Part shown: positions 35,285 to 48,300 of the stretch, in pieces
Position numbering within the stretch: position 1 is the stretch's first letter
How the letters are laid out: each line of letters opens with the position of its first letter
NCBI GenBank assembly: GCA_964036045.1
Contig: OZ038378.1
Location: 11,904,001-11,968,000, forward strand
Length of the DNA stretch: 64,000 nt
Reading direction: 5' to 3'
From: Eutreptiella sp. 'Long Island Sound 2002'
Lineage: Eukaryota; Protista; Euglenida
The notes under the pieces: generated by a model
Seen by the model: only the letters and a program-made list of their open reading frames with translations
Databases searched by the model: none
What the model was told of the DNA's origin: nothing
Program-made: the position numbers and the translations under genes

Positions 35285-36809
35285 GATCCCGACGGCCAGC
35301 GGTGACCACAGTATGAAAACTGGAGATGCCGGCGGTACCTGTGTGGCCGCCCATGCAGCAGCGCCGCATCAAGGGAATGCACATGCTGTGTAGTTGGTGG
35401 ATCTGTTCCATTTTCGGTTTCTATGAGCGCTTATGAGATCCATTGCGCGAGGCCTCGCGCAATGATCACCGAAACTTTAATGTTTCTCATGCGCCGTTCC
35501 ATGCGCGAGGCCTCGCGCTTGAAACTGCAGTTTGTTCCGGAACATTTATACTTTTCAAGATTCTTGGGTACACAATTGTTGAAGTTTACTCATTAATAGA
35601 TCCATCTTTATCACGCAATCCTGATAATGGTACTAAGTTACGTGTATAAATACGACAGGGTTCCATTTTTCGACAACCTGCCTAATGCTTCATGCTGTAG
35701 TACATTAATCTGACACAAATGAACGTCTTTGCGCGAGGCCTCGCGCAAAGAATGGTCAGCAAACAATACTTTTCCGTGTCTCGCCCATGGGACACGTCAT
35801 TCTTATAGAAATATTTATTCCGCCATACTTGTTTGCGACGGTTTTAAAATATCCATCAAAACAACTATTTTTTGATGCCTTTGGAAACCTGTCATTTTCC
35901 TACCTTTTCCTTCGTTTTTGACCATGCAACTTGAGCCGCCTAAGAGCATGGTCGGCCACATGACCAATGCGCACAAGTCTGTATCCGTGCAGAATCACTC
36001 TGCAGGCCAATTGTTGCCAGTGTGTGTACATGCGCATGCGCACAGTGGGTTGTCAACCACCCCTGACAGGCAATGGAAAAGATTGGAGGTTATTGATGAA
36101 TGGGTAAGGGTATGAGTCGGAGCGGGTTGTTGCCATTGGCCAGCCCTGTTCCATCCCTTCTGCTCATTTGGAACACCACAGACCTGCTTCAGCCAGACCC
36201 ATTTGCTTCATGTTGCGGTGCCTGTGCCACCTCTACCATTTTGTACGGAAGTGATTTTCTTTTTTTTTATTGAGGAGTCCCTGAGAGTAGGAGTTGTGAG
36301 GCAAGCTGGTGGTAATTTGTCATTTCATGGTTGAAACATGCAGTGTCATTTAATCATGCTGCTTCGGTTTCTGTATCCACAGCCCTTCATTTTTCTGTGA
36401 TCATGGAAGAAAAGGAAATGGTCTCAGCTTCAAGAAGCATGCCCAACTGGGTGATAAAATCAGCCTTAAGACCATCCCTGGTGGTTTTATGACCCCTGTG
36501 AGCGTCGTTTGACCCACCTGTTTTGCGGTGCTGAAACCACCCCCTTCGGGAGCAGAACACCCCCTGCCTGGGGGTAAGAAAGCCACCCTCCACCACCACC
36601 CGACACAACAAAGCACAAGTTGCGAAACCCAAGGCAATGAACTTGATGTGCTTGCATAGCAGGCTGTATTGAAGCCGCATGGCATTGTCACGTGCGCCTT
36701 TTTTTGCTCCTGCAACAACGTTGAGTGGCACTTGTAGGTGATATGCCAATAAACTCACTGAGTTTTGGGGTTGTATTCAAAAAGGCACACAGTCTACTTG
36801 ATATTTGTT

Positions 36810-37135
36810 TTTGGTGCGTACCAAAAACCCCCCCACTTTGTACCAACAAACCACCAGTTTCAGCGAAAAATGTACCAAAAAAAATAACCCGCTTAAATAC
36901 ACCAAAAAACCACCCAAGAGGTACCAAAAAAAAACTCTGGTGGATTTTTTGTGGCACAAGTTGGGGGTTTTGACGGTACATTTTGGGTTTCTTTTGGTAC
37001 ATTTTGGGAGGGTTTTCTGTACAATTGGGGGTGGGGGGTTGGTACAATTAGGTGGGTTTTATGGTACAATTCAGGAGGTTTTATGGTACAAGTCAGGGGT
37101 TTTCAAGTACACATCTGGGGTTATTAGTACATTTT
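36810..37135. repeat. GTAC-cored quasi-palindromic (foldback-like) repeat array
   Basis: A/C-rich gtaccaaaa units left of about 36935 and mirror-image T/G-rich ttttggtac units to the right. Confidence 0.6.
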
Positions 37136-40100
37136 GTCTAGTTTGTGTCCGATGTTTTCTGGGCTGTTTTTCATACATATTGCCCGCAGGAGGTGGCTGT
37201 TCTAGGACTGGAAATATGACACAAATAAGTACAGGTAGTGCAGCCCGGGGGGGGGGGGGGGGGGGGGCTGTAGGGGGCTGACCAAGCGTTGAGCACCAAG
37301 AAACGAACAAAGAGGCACAGTGCAGGGGGTGGGGGTAGGGGTGCAGCAGCAACACTACAGCTATACAAGGGTACATTGCAACATAGAGAAGGAAGCAAAC
37401 GGCTGCAATGGAAAGTTTTTACCCCCCAAAAGACGGACTTAATGGCAGACCTCTTTGTTGTAGAAAGTGGTGGACAGGAAGAAACCCCGAGACAGCCCAT
37501 CGTACGTTTTTTTAGTACGAAAGGGGGCAACCAAGTTGTCTTTTTGGTCCACAAGGGTCCGCAAGTGTAGCACACATGGGGAAGCCAGGTGGTCTTTTTT
37601 CCGCAGAAAGGGTGTTTTTGTTGGTGCATATTGGTTTTGTGGAGGTCCATTCTAGCAAGGTCAGTTGGGAGGTTTTTGGTACACATTGAGGACTTCATGG
37701 TACATTTATGTATCTTTTGGTTCTCTCACTGAGTATGTTGGAGAGCATGTTTGCGAAATGGGAATTTTTGCACATCCGCCCTGGGGAATACGAAACTTCA
37801 TGATCTGGGTGTTCTTTTCCCGTTTAACGGGTCAAACACAAGTAGACGTAGTTGTGAAATTTGGCGATCTGCTTTTGTGTCACACAACCACATCATCCTT
37901 TGTTGGTTACCATGTGCTGCTGCAAAATAGTGCAGCGGAGGTACATGTCAAGCTACAAATTTCATCGTGATGTCAGTGGCAAAATTGATGAGCCTCAACA
38001 TAGTATTGGGCTGCGTTGGCCAGAGTAGTGTGCATATGCCATCTGAACATTTCACACCACCATTGCCTTCTGTTGCAATTCTCATAATTAAAAATCTTAT
38101 TTTAGCAACATAGACAAAAAATAGAGTATGAAGGAAATTGTCACATGACAATAATCCCCTGCAGGCAGTCATACAGGACATTTATGCCGTGGACGTGTCA
38201 AGCTTTGGGCATTTGCGACCTAGTGCATGCGACATGAAAATTATAGTGTTTTCAAAACAAAGCGCATGAGGCGAAGGATGGCATTTTAACAAAAATGAAA
38301 ACATAACAAGGTAGTACATCAAGCACACTTTTTTTTCGCACCACCACATGACGCCCACCACTTGGCATTGTGGACTACGAGAACACAAAGAAAGCCGCCA
38401 TAATATATGATCATTGGCAAAGGTTTTGTTACAGCTTAGTGGGACACGAATGAGAAGAACGAAAATAAGGGCGGCATTGCGGCCTCATGCCGCATTGGTG
38501 AACATGTGCAGACGGAAAAAGGAACATAAATCGAAGTCATGTCTCGTCCCAATATATGGGGTATCAATCAAACCAATGCAATTGTTTCTTATGGTAATTC
38601 ATCTGGCGCAAACTAGAGGGAAGAAATCAGTTTCACAATATTTGATATACTTGTACTACATGTGCCCAAAAGGGGTACAAGCTGAGTTGTCAAATTCAGT
38701 GTACATTGATATATCCTACGTACAGTGTCCAACATGTAGCATTTTTTGGACACCTTGCCAATGCTGCGGAGGGTTGGGCTTTAAAACCGAGCTGAACCCC
38801 CCCCCCCCCCGTGACCGGCATTTATTGGGACTGCATTTTCGGTTGGGCATGGAAAGTCAATGTATTGTACCACTCAACAGAATCTAGTTGGCAACAAGTA
38901 GGTAGCAAGCGCCCAATGCACGTCCCATAGTACTTAATGCATACACAGCGGCCTACTTTTGGGACCATGATTGAATTGACCAATTTTTATTGGTCACTAA
39001 TTCTGCCTAGATGGAGCTGAATTCCATTTGCTCCCATTTGGCTATAATTTCTCGCCCCTGATAGCCCAAGAAACCTTGGAGGATTTATTGCGCCAGTATA
39101 TGAACACGCTTTCCGGTGAGAACATTGTTTCCTTCCATGTTACTTTTAGCCCACGCTAGAGGGACGTTTGGGATGGTTCCCCGGGGTCTTAATGACTTTT
39201 TGCGGATTAAGTCCTTGTTGCTATAAGAGCCAAATAGTCCTCTCAGTGACTTGGAGGGCGGGATCAAAATTTTGGAGGTTGGCATAAAATGAAGCCGATT
39301 GTGTGGTATTAGCTGTATAGTTATCATTCCACTTTGCAGGGCACTCCTCAATCAGTGCTACACCCAAAATTTTGGTTTCTAGTAGCTTCGCCGGTTTTCA
39401 CCAACTCGTTGGGCCCCTCGCCGACTCGGGGGATGGCGGTGCGTTGCTCATGGATGGACTTGCTGTATGAGACGAGTCTCTACCTCCTGCATCGAAGTGG
39501 CCAACATCGGATCAGAAGACGTCCAGACGGGCATTCCAGCGACAGCCTTTGCGACGCAACTGGTGAGCGTGTGCTGATGATGATTTGCGCACATCTGAAG
39601 AGTAAAAAAAAACTGCTACTACTCAAAAAACAACTAAGCGAACTGGCCACATTTGAAATGAAATGCAACAAAAACAGCTTTTGCAAAACCCTTGCGCAAA
39701 TTCACTCAATTGAATTTCAACACCATGTTGCACAAATGATACATCATTTGCAGTCATTGTCAGCTGCCATGCTATAGACTTACAGAGCAAAAACCCATGG
39801 CCCATATGCATACGCCGCCAATGGTCAAAGGCTTTTTGGAGCAGAAAATAGAACTTGTTGGGGGTTCTCTCGTTTTACACGTACCAGATTTCACACAATT
39901 CGCAGTTTTGGCAGGGGCTGTGCTTAGTTGCACATTGTTTTCTGCAATATTTTTTTGAAACATACATTAACGCATAATGGGAATGCCTTAGATTGTTTGC
40001 CTTTTTCAAGATGTATGTGCCAAAACAGATACAAAAACACACTTTAAGAATCCTTGGTGCAAAACGGCGTCATGTGTAAAGGCGCGGAGTGCCCAGTATA

Positions 40101-41504
40101 AATGAAATGATTTCAACCTTTAACAAAAGTAAAGCAATAAACAAAACTTTGCACCAGCCCCATGGTAGTCTGCTATGGTCACAATGGACTCTTTAATATT
40201 TAGGTGTTAACCTTGCATATTTTTCTATATCTATACATTTCTACATTTTTTTGGCTTCTGCGACCCAGCGATCTTTTAGACATGTGAAGCATATCCTCCC
40301 TGTCACAAATGCAGGACATCACTCATTCACTAAGGGAAGCTGAACGAAGGGACATCCCAGCTCAGCAATGTAATCAGAAATCCCATTGTCAGAGCGACAA
40401 GCTGACAGAGAAATGTGCACCACTCATTGTCATTGCCTGTGTCACATAAACTGGGGCAGTGGGCACTTTGGGAAACATTGTGTGGATTTGTAATTTGCAG
40501 CTTGGCACCACCCCTGACGCAATCATATGAGACAATGAGCCATCCAGAAGTAAGGGCCGGAGTGTTTAGCAGCCCAAATCACCAACAAACTATTCAGGTG
40601 AGGGGGGGTGTTGTACCTACTTGAAATAGGCATGAAAAGGGCTTTTCAGAGTGGTATCGGTTGGAGCAGCCGACCTCCCGTGCAGTCGCCCTCGCTTAAG
40701 CACGTGGTCAGCAATGCCCTCCTCCAAGTGTGATCTACTAATCGGGCAAACACTAGCCCTGGTGTGCACGCAGTGCAGTAATTCAATCATCGCCCAATGC
40801 CTGTTGCCAGCCCCCCCCTACCCTGAAGATTCATGTGGTCCAACCCTCGGAGGGTTGGGGGGGGCACTTAGTACCCACAAGGTGCTCGTTCAAATTTTGG
40901 AAAGAAACCCTTGTTTGTCTCAGATGCAGGGGAAATGACATTTGGAAGGCGAGCGTGGGACAATTGTCCTTGTGATCACAAGCGCTACTTCTGCCCCTCC
41001 ACTCCACTGCCGGAGCCGGCAGGCTTGACTTCTCGTCACTCGTAGAGTGCCAAAATTTGGAGCGTTCTCTCCACCGCTCTTATGGGAATACCAGGGCACC
41101 GGAGTTCTGGACCACGGATTGTTACACATCTTTGGGGGGGGGGGCGGACGCGCAGGGATGAGAAAGGAACCACAAGACGTGTTATCCATTCACACATATT
41201 TGTGGTCACAATGAAGCGCTGTGGGCACCAGCCCGATGCAGATGCAAACTGCTCCGCACAGTAGGTAGGTAGGTAGGTGCACTCGGTCGTGGAGAGGCGC
41301 CCCATGGTTCCCCCTGGCGTCGCCCCTGTGACGAACAGGAAGAGGTTCCGCGCGTGAAGAGGGGAGGCGGCTTACATCCCGCTAGACCTGACTGGTGGCC
41401 CCCAACAAAGCGGCCCCGGGCAACACCGGGAGGGCTGATCGCCGCCAGCGTGACTGCTTGTCATGCCGGGAGGGTGGGCCCCCTCCTCGTCCACAAAGGC
41501 CTGC

Positions 41505-44500
41505 TGTGACGGGTTATGCCCAGCAGGGGGCTGCCCACAGCCAGATCGCGAGTCCTGTAGATTAGGATGCGTCGCGCGGTGCTGAAATTCAGGATTTTGT
41601 ATCAAGAAAAACTGAGATTTTATAGTGCAATTTCTGTAATTTAATACAGGGTATTGTATTATGAACCGGATGAAGGATTTACAACGAATTCAAGGAATTT
41701 CAAGGATTTAGAGATATGTTTTGAACTTTGCCGTGCCTTGCAATTTCGTCGACGGATCCGGTTCAGTACTCCTGGCGGTTGCAGGAGTATACAAATTTGT
41801 TGTCCTTTCGAAACGCCGCAGCAATGCCGAAGGAGTTCAGCCATACAAAGCTGGTGACGAGGACCGAGGTATGCAGTGTTCTGACGACGGCGAGACCTCT
41901 GTGGAGATTGGGAAAAGTCTAGCGCTGAGGACACTCAACGTGTAGGCTACGGCGCTTAGTCTCTCAGGACGTGGCCATGGAGCAGCCAGTGAATGGGGAG
42001 CTTGAAAGGAGAGAAGTGGAGAGGTATAAAAAGTTCAGTGATTCCAAACTCAGGAACGTGCGAGCGGCGGTCAGCAATTGGCCGCATGAAACGTATGAGG
42101 CACGGCTTGCGCGTAAAGAGCTGGTGCGCCGTGGTGAATGGGAGTATGATGAACGAGGTGAGGCGGCTTGTTCGGTGGCCACAGCACTAGCGTGTGCAGC
42201 GGCGGTTGCGTTGAATAGAGTGTCCGCCGCTGAGGTGGCGCAGGAATCTGAAGATCCACCTACAGTGATGCGGAAAACCACAACCAGAAGGAAAATTCGT
42301 CGTGGCGGCTATGGAGCACGTCGCAGCCTACGGGTAGGGTCTCAGAGTGCACCCTGATGAGTGCCCACGTGTGCACCGCTGGAGTGCCCAAGAAGATCTA
42401 CAAAGATGCTCGTCGTCAACGAAAAGGAGAGTTGCTGGTCGTCAACGGTGAAGGAGAGAGTGCTATCGAACAGCAGCGCTGTCGAACAAAAAAATTAAAG
42501 GTGGTGACAGTGTGGGTGTGCGTGTGTTCGTGCGCGCTTGCTTGGGAGCAGTGCTCCAAAGGCACTGCTTGCTGGTGGTGCTCTAGTGGCACCTTGGAAT
42601 ACCTACGGACGTGGCAGTTTCCCACTGCATTACCTGATTTCAGACTCAGCTCATCTTCACTTTGGGTCAGATACACTACCACAGCCTGTGGTGGGATCAA
42701 CGTAGCGCTGGACAGCTAGGTTAACGCGCGCCTCCCCTGAGCCTCGTGCTTAGGCTGAAAGGCCGGCAGCGCGTTAGCCCTTGTGGTTTTTTCTTCTTTT
42801 TCTCAGTGCTCGTCAAGTTTTATTTTTTTGTGCTGAATCTAGCTCAAATGAGCCTGATGGAAAAAATGGGTAAGACACTCAGCGCCTCTGGCGCTGAAAA
42901 AGCACTGGTTTTGTGCTCTTAAGGTGGCAGCTATTTGCGCCTTTGCTTTTGTTTTTGGATTTTGAATCTAAAAGGTCAAGTTTTACACTTGCCTATTTTG
43001 GAGCATTTTGCTCACATGTTGTCTACCCATGGTTGAGAGGCTAGCCGACACTAGGAATATTTTTCAAAAGACTTCTGAATTTTTTTTTTCAGAGTCACAG
43101 TGTGGCTTCTGTTTTGTTTTAACTCTGCAAGCCTGTTTGGAGGCTCGGGGGCATGACTGCGCGTCTGCCGGTGCCCTGCCTCCTTATTTATTCATTTGGG
43201 TGAACTTATTATTTTCTTAGTACCCTCCCCCCTCACTGTCCCATTTTGGGACTGCACAGACACTGCCACTGCAGAGTCAGTCCATTGCAGAGCCACTGCT
43301 CCTGCAGTGACTCTCAGCCCCAACCACTGGGGGCGAGAGAGCCTCAGTGGGTATATACACTCTAGGCCAGAGTGTATGGGAAAATTCTGCTTCGTTATTT
43401 TTTTACCAGAGAATTTTGGGGTGCATTTTTGCCTGAGGGTAGCACCCCACAGTGGGAGGGGGGAGAGGCCTCAGCTATGTGCTGCGGGCCCGTGTACTGA
43501 TTACTTGCAATTTTTTTTTCTGGGGACGCTCAAGAATATTTATACTAATGTATGCACGTGTGCACACTTGCGCATGTGTTTGTTGCATTGTATGCATGCA
43601 AATTCGTTTGCCCTAACTCTCTGAATTTCTAACCTTCCCTCATCTTTCTGTTTCCTTGTCTTTTCAGGTGGAGATACGTCAGAGGTCGAAATCAGAAAAA
43701 GAAAAATTTCATTGACGCCCAGTGAAGCCAGGTCTGTTGTTTTTTCTCAGTCTGCACCAGCCCCTCCCCTACCTTCGGTCTCAGCGCTCCCTTTTCTTCT
43801 GCCACCCGCTGCCACTGCAGTGCGGGGTGATGGAGGCGCCAGCTCTGAAGGGTCTTCAGCATGCTCAGAAGTAATTTAATTTTATATATCTTACAAGGCC
43901 GCAGCAGAAGCTTTTTGTATATTAGCATTAAGGGTTTCTGTACCCTGTTGGGCAGCACAGTGTATTCTTTACTGTCTTTTTTCTTTGCCCTGTTGTTGCT
44001 GCTTTTGTGCCTGTTTGTCAATTTTTTTTCAAACTTCTGAGCAGGGTTTTTTTGGTGCAGGAAAATTTTTTGGACCAGACAGATGGCATGGGCAATAAGT
44101 AGAACACAATCAGTGAAACTGTTTTGGATTTCAGTTTTCGGAAAACTGCCCCCCTGAGTTTTAGGCCAGGAATTTAGAGCAGGATTTTGCTTAGGTGAAT
44201 TTCTGTTTGAAAACTTTTACTGCTTTCTCAGGAATTGTTTCCCATAGTCAGCTGGTTTTTAGGTGGCAGTGACCCCCCCCCACTCAGGATAGTGCGTAGG
44301 ATACCCGAAAAAAAGTGGAGGGACCTTAGTTCACGACTTCAGGTCTCGGGGTTAGGACAGTGTATCATATCTCAGTCCATTTCAGAAACGTTTTTCTGTA
44401 CATATGTGGCAGTGCATACCCCTGGGTGGTGTGTCAGCCCTTGCAGGTGGCCTAGTGGCTGCGGCAAGGGCTTGGCGGGGGGTGTGACGGGTTATGCCCA

Positions 44501-44771
44501 GCAGGGGGCTGCCCACAGCCAGATCGCGAGTCCTGTAGATTAGGATGTGGCGCGTGGTGCTGAAATTCAGGATGTTGTATCAAGAAAAACTGAGATTTTA
44601 TGGTGCAATTTCTGTAATTTAATGCAGGGTATTGTATTATGAACCGGATGAAGGATTTACAACAAATTCAAGGAATTTCAAGGATTTAGAGATATGTTTT
44701 GAACTTTGCCGTGCCTTGCAATTTCATCGACGGATCCGGTTCAGTACTCCTAGCGGTTGCAAGAGTATACA
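41505..44771 (+). mobile_element. Non-autonomous LTR retroelement, 3267 bp
   Basis: 289-bp TG...CA LTRs (41505-41793 and 44483-44771, about 10 differences); 5-bp TSD CCTGC (41500-41504 and 44772-44776); G-rich PPT before the 3' LTR; no pol motifs internally. Confidence 0.93.
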
Positions 44772-45398
44772 CCTGCACCACCTGCTGGTAAGCTGAGACC
44801 AGACGGGGCAGCCCCATGCACCACACCCGCATTGTACCCTTGGGAACACCAGCAATGCGTTGTGTTGTGATGCCAGTTTTCAGCGACCTGTTGGTGTCGA
44901 CATCCGAGATGAAAACCGTTCGTTCCATGGAGTGTACTCCGCCGTGTGTTTTCGACTCTGGTTGGCGACTCACAGGGTGCGGGACGTGCCGTTCCAGCCT
45001 GTGAGCTAATGCGACAAGGAGACTGAATTGCTTTTGATCCGGTATAGATGGGACAAGCGTCCATGTTCGGTAACTGCTGGATGCTGCTGCCAGATGCTCC
45101 GTGACGGTCACATTGTGGATCAGATTGTGGTCCTGCCTTCTCCGTTTTTGTTCTGTCCGTCCAGGATCAGGCGACCTGCATCCCCGCTTCCTCTTGCGGG
45201 AGGAATGGCCGGGTTCCATTGGGGCTGCAGCAATGCAAAGGAAGGCTAATCAGAAAAAGGGGAGAAGGTACGGGGGGGCAAGGCGGGGGAGCGCTGGCCT
45301 ACCTCGAGGCCCGGGTGACGTCCACGCGTAGCCCTTGCGGCCGCTGTGGGGGTCTGCCGGCGTTTTGGAGGGTGGGCACCCGGTGGAACCCGCCATGC

Positions 45399-48300
45399 TT
45401 AGCGGCTGGCCTCCCTGGAGCACGACCGCACACTTGGCTGGCTGCTGGACATTTCTCCGGAGGTGTTCCACGTGTCTGTATCACTGTCACTGTTGGAGGG
45501 GGTGCTCACACCCCCGTCAGACAGAAGTGTGAGGTTAAGAGCTGTGAGTAGGTGATGCCCTTCCGCAGAGGTTGCCCGAAGAGGTGACTCGTGCAGGGGA
45601 AAATCCAGTCGTTTAACAACAGACGGGGTTGCTTCCAGTGAGGAGAGTTTGACTCTTTTGGGCGCCGCCGGGGTGCCGGTATGGCAGAGCTGTAGCTGTG
45701 GCGTGCGGGGGTGGGGGTAGCGGGGGTGGAGCTGCCTGCCTTGATCGGCCAGGCGGTCCGCCTCATTGCTGCCCTCGATGGTCAGGTGCGAGGGAACCTT
45801 GATACAGTGTACAGTGCGTGAATTGTTGTCAAGTTCCATAAGCAGTTGTTCCCACAAGGTGACATTGGACACTGGTCCTGACGAGCAGACCAACCCCCGC
45901 AGTCGCCAGCGGCGGGCGGCCCCGGAAGCACCCAAAATGACGTATTGAGAGTCCGTGCATAATGCAATGTCACCTGTGTGAAAGATTTTAAGTGCTCTAA
46001 TGACCGCCAGTAGCTCGGCGGAATTGTTGGTTTGTCGGTAATCATCCGGAACATATGCAGCGATGCTGGTGTGATGCTCATAGAAAATGCCATACCCTGC
46101 TAGCCTGCCTGCCGGTCCCTCAACAGCGGAGGAACCGTCGGTATAGACTCGCGGGATACCTTGGTCCTGTAGGTCCTGCAGGACTTCCTGCAGCTGCTTT
46201 GCTTTTTCAAGTTTGCGCATTTGTCGTGCCCCGGCGCGCGCCTTTGCTCTGGTGGGTGGGGGGGTAGGGGGGTTATTGGGGAAGGAGGGGACCGGGTCCG
46301 GTTGCTCTGCCGTGGGTTGTGTGGTGGTGCACGAACGGGACGATCGCCGCAGCTTGGTCAAGAACCAGGTGTGGATCATACCCGGGATGGGTAGGTAGCG
46401 TGGGCACGAGGACCAGAGGTTTAGAACATGATACCAGTGGTCACAGAATTTGTCCCACGTGACCCTGAAAAATGACTGGTGTTTTTTAGTGCATCAAAGC
46501 AACCAGTTGGTGATAACGGCGGACCAGCCCACAAGGCCTGCTGGGGTGCTCAGGGAGGCTGCAGGGTCATCTTGCAGAAGTTGGGAAACGTTAAAAGGTT
46601 GGAAGCCCTCTGGCCTGAAGACCTGACTAATGAATGCGAAAGATTTTTGAACAAATTGGCAGTGATACAGTGTATGTGCGACGGTTTCTAGTTCCTGGTC
46701 AATTGGGCACCACACCTCTAGCGGTTTCCAGCTCTGCTGTCGTTGGCCTACTGGGAGCCTGGCCCATAATGCCTTATGAATAAAATCCTTGTGCCGCGGT
46801 GGAAGGTTGCAACGGTGGAAGGCATCCCAGACCGAGTCTGGCTGGCGTGGTGGTATGTGTCTTGTGTAGTGCTATTGCTTCGCCATCTCTTCTTTCCTCC
46901 TCACCTATTCGGGTAAATCCGAGTATGGTTGTGAAAGAAGCTCCACCACTGGTGCTCGTGTCCATGCATACCAAAAGGTAAGGTCCGGAGGGGGTTGGGG
47001 GGGCAGTGCAAAAGTAGGCAGGAGAGAAGCAGGGAGCAGTGGTTGATCCACCTGGAGGCAGTGCCGATAGATGGGTTCCCAGGTGGGAGCAAGCATGGAA
47101 AAATAAGTGGGTCGTTCAAGCAACTGTCCAATTGTTAAGATTCCTTGGCGGATGAGGCGGGGCGAGAAGTAGGTGTGGCAGTGTTCATTCAAGAAAAAGG
47201 TCGAGTGCCACGCTGGGGCATCGCCGGGCAACTGGGCGGGGTGTTCGAAATGCACATCTTCTTTAACCAGTGAGAAAGCCCGTGCACACCACCCCAGGAA
47301 AGGCAAAGTCTGTTTTACAACATTTGATTCTAGCTGAAAGAAAGGCAATGATGTCGGGCTTAGGATAATGCCCAGGTCGGCAGCAAATGGCTGGAATGAC
47401 GTGTGTAAGATACTAGGTACTCTCAGTGGGTCTTTAACGTAAGCCACAATTGCTGATGCATGCAGGTTTCCGGTGCGGCCAGATTGTATCCTCCCTTGTG
47501 CATAGGGTGGGAGAGAATGTCCAACGGGATGGACCAAGAGTTGAGCTTTAATGCAACCTGGTAGACCGTGCGCAGTGCGCTCACCACAGGATCCGAGGGG
47601 AAGACCTTTCTCGCTGAATAAATCAGGAGAGGGAGAATCCAGAGTTTCAGCAGGAGGACCCTTTCAGCTAGCGACAGGTCCCATGACTGCATAGCAAAGG
47701 CCCGACCCATGGCCTTTTGCAACGCATGGGAGTATGCCACTTCTGGCGTGACATGGCCAAACCCAATCCCCAGGTATTTGTAGCTGTCTTGGAACTGCAA
47801 ACCGGTCGAGAGGAGCTGGACTTTCAAGCTCTCAGTCCAGTGTCCCTTCAGGAGAATGGCTGACTTTTTGTGGTTAACCATCAGTCCTGAGTATTTAGAG
47901 AAGGCTTTGAGTGAGCCCCGGACCATTAAGAAGACAAAGACAGCTTGCGCTGGTTCCCCGGTCACGATGATGAGCAGATCATCCGCATAGAGCAGATTTT
48001 GTACCGTGTCAGAGACAGAGGTCAGCTTCTGAGCCAGTGGTGAAATCAGCATAGCGAAAATAGAAGGGGAAAAGAGGCAGCCCTGCCGCACTCCCGAGGC
48101 AGGGGAGAATCTGTGCTGGGGCATTATTCCTCCTCTGACCAATAAACAAATTGGGGCAGCAAAAAGATTCATGAGCAAATTAACTATCGGTAGCGCAATA
48201 CACATGTCGACAAAAAAAGTCTTGGCAAAAACGTGAGAAACCGAGTCAAAGGCTTTGCTGAAATCCACTGGACAGAAAATACCCTGTGGTGTTTCCGCAA

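Larger units (their letters stand above)
14265..35944 (-). mobile_element. Cut-and-paste DNA transposon (about 5.8 kb once the nested Gypsy is removed), superfamily unassigned
   Basis: 29-bp TIR CTTAGGCGGCTCAAGTTGCAT(T/G)GTCAAAA at 14265-14293 and 35916-35944; TSD AGCAT at 14260-14264 and 35945-35949; transposase-like ORF inside. Confidence 0.88.

Noticed and set aside
39085-39811. Possible decayed transposase or helicase fragment
   Set aside because: Short, stop-ridden frames without recognisable motifs.
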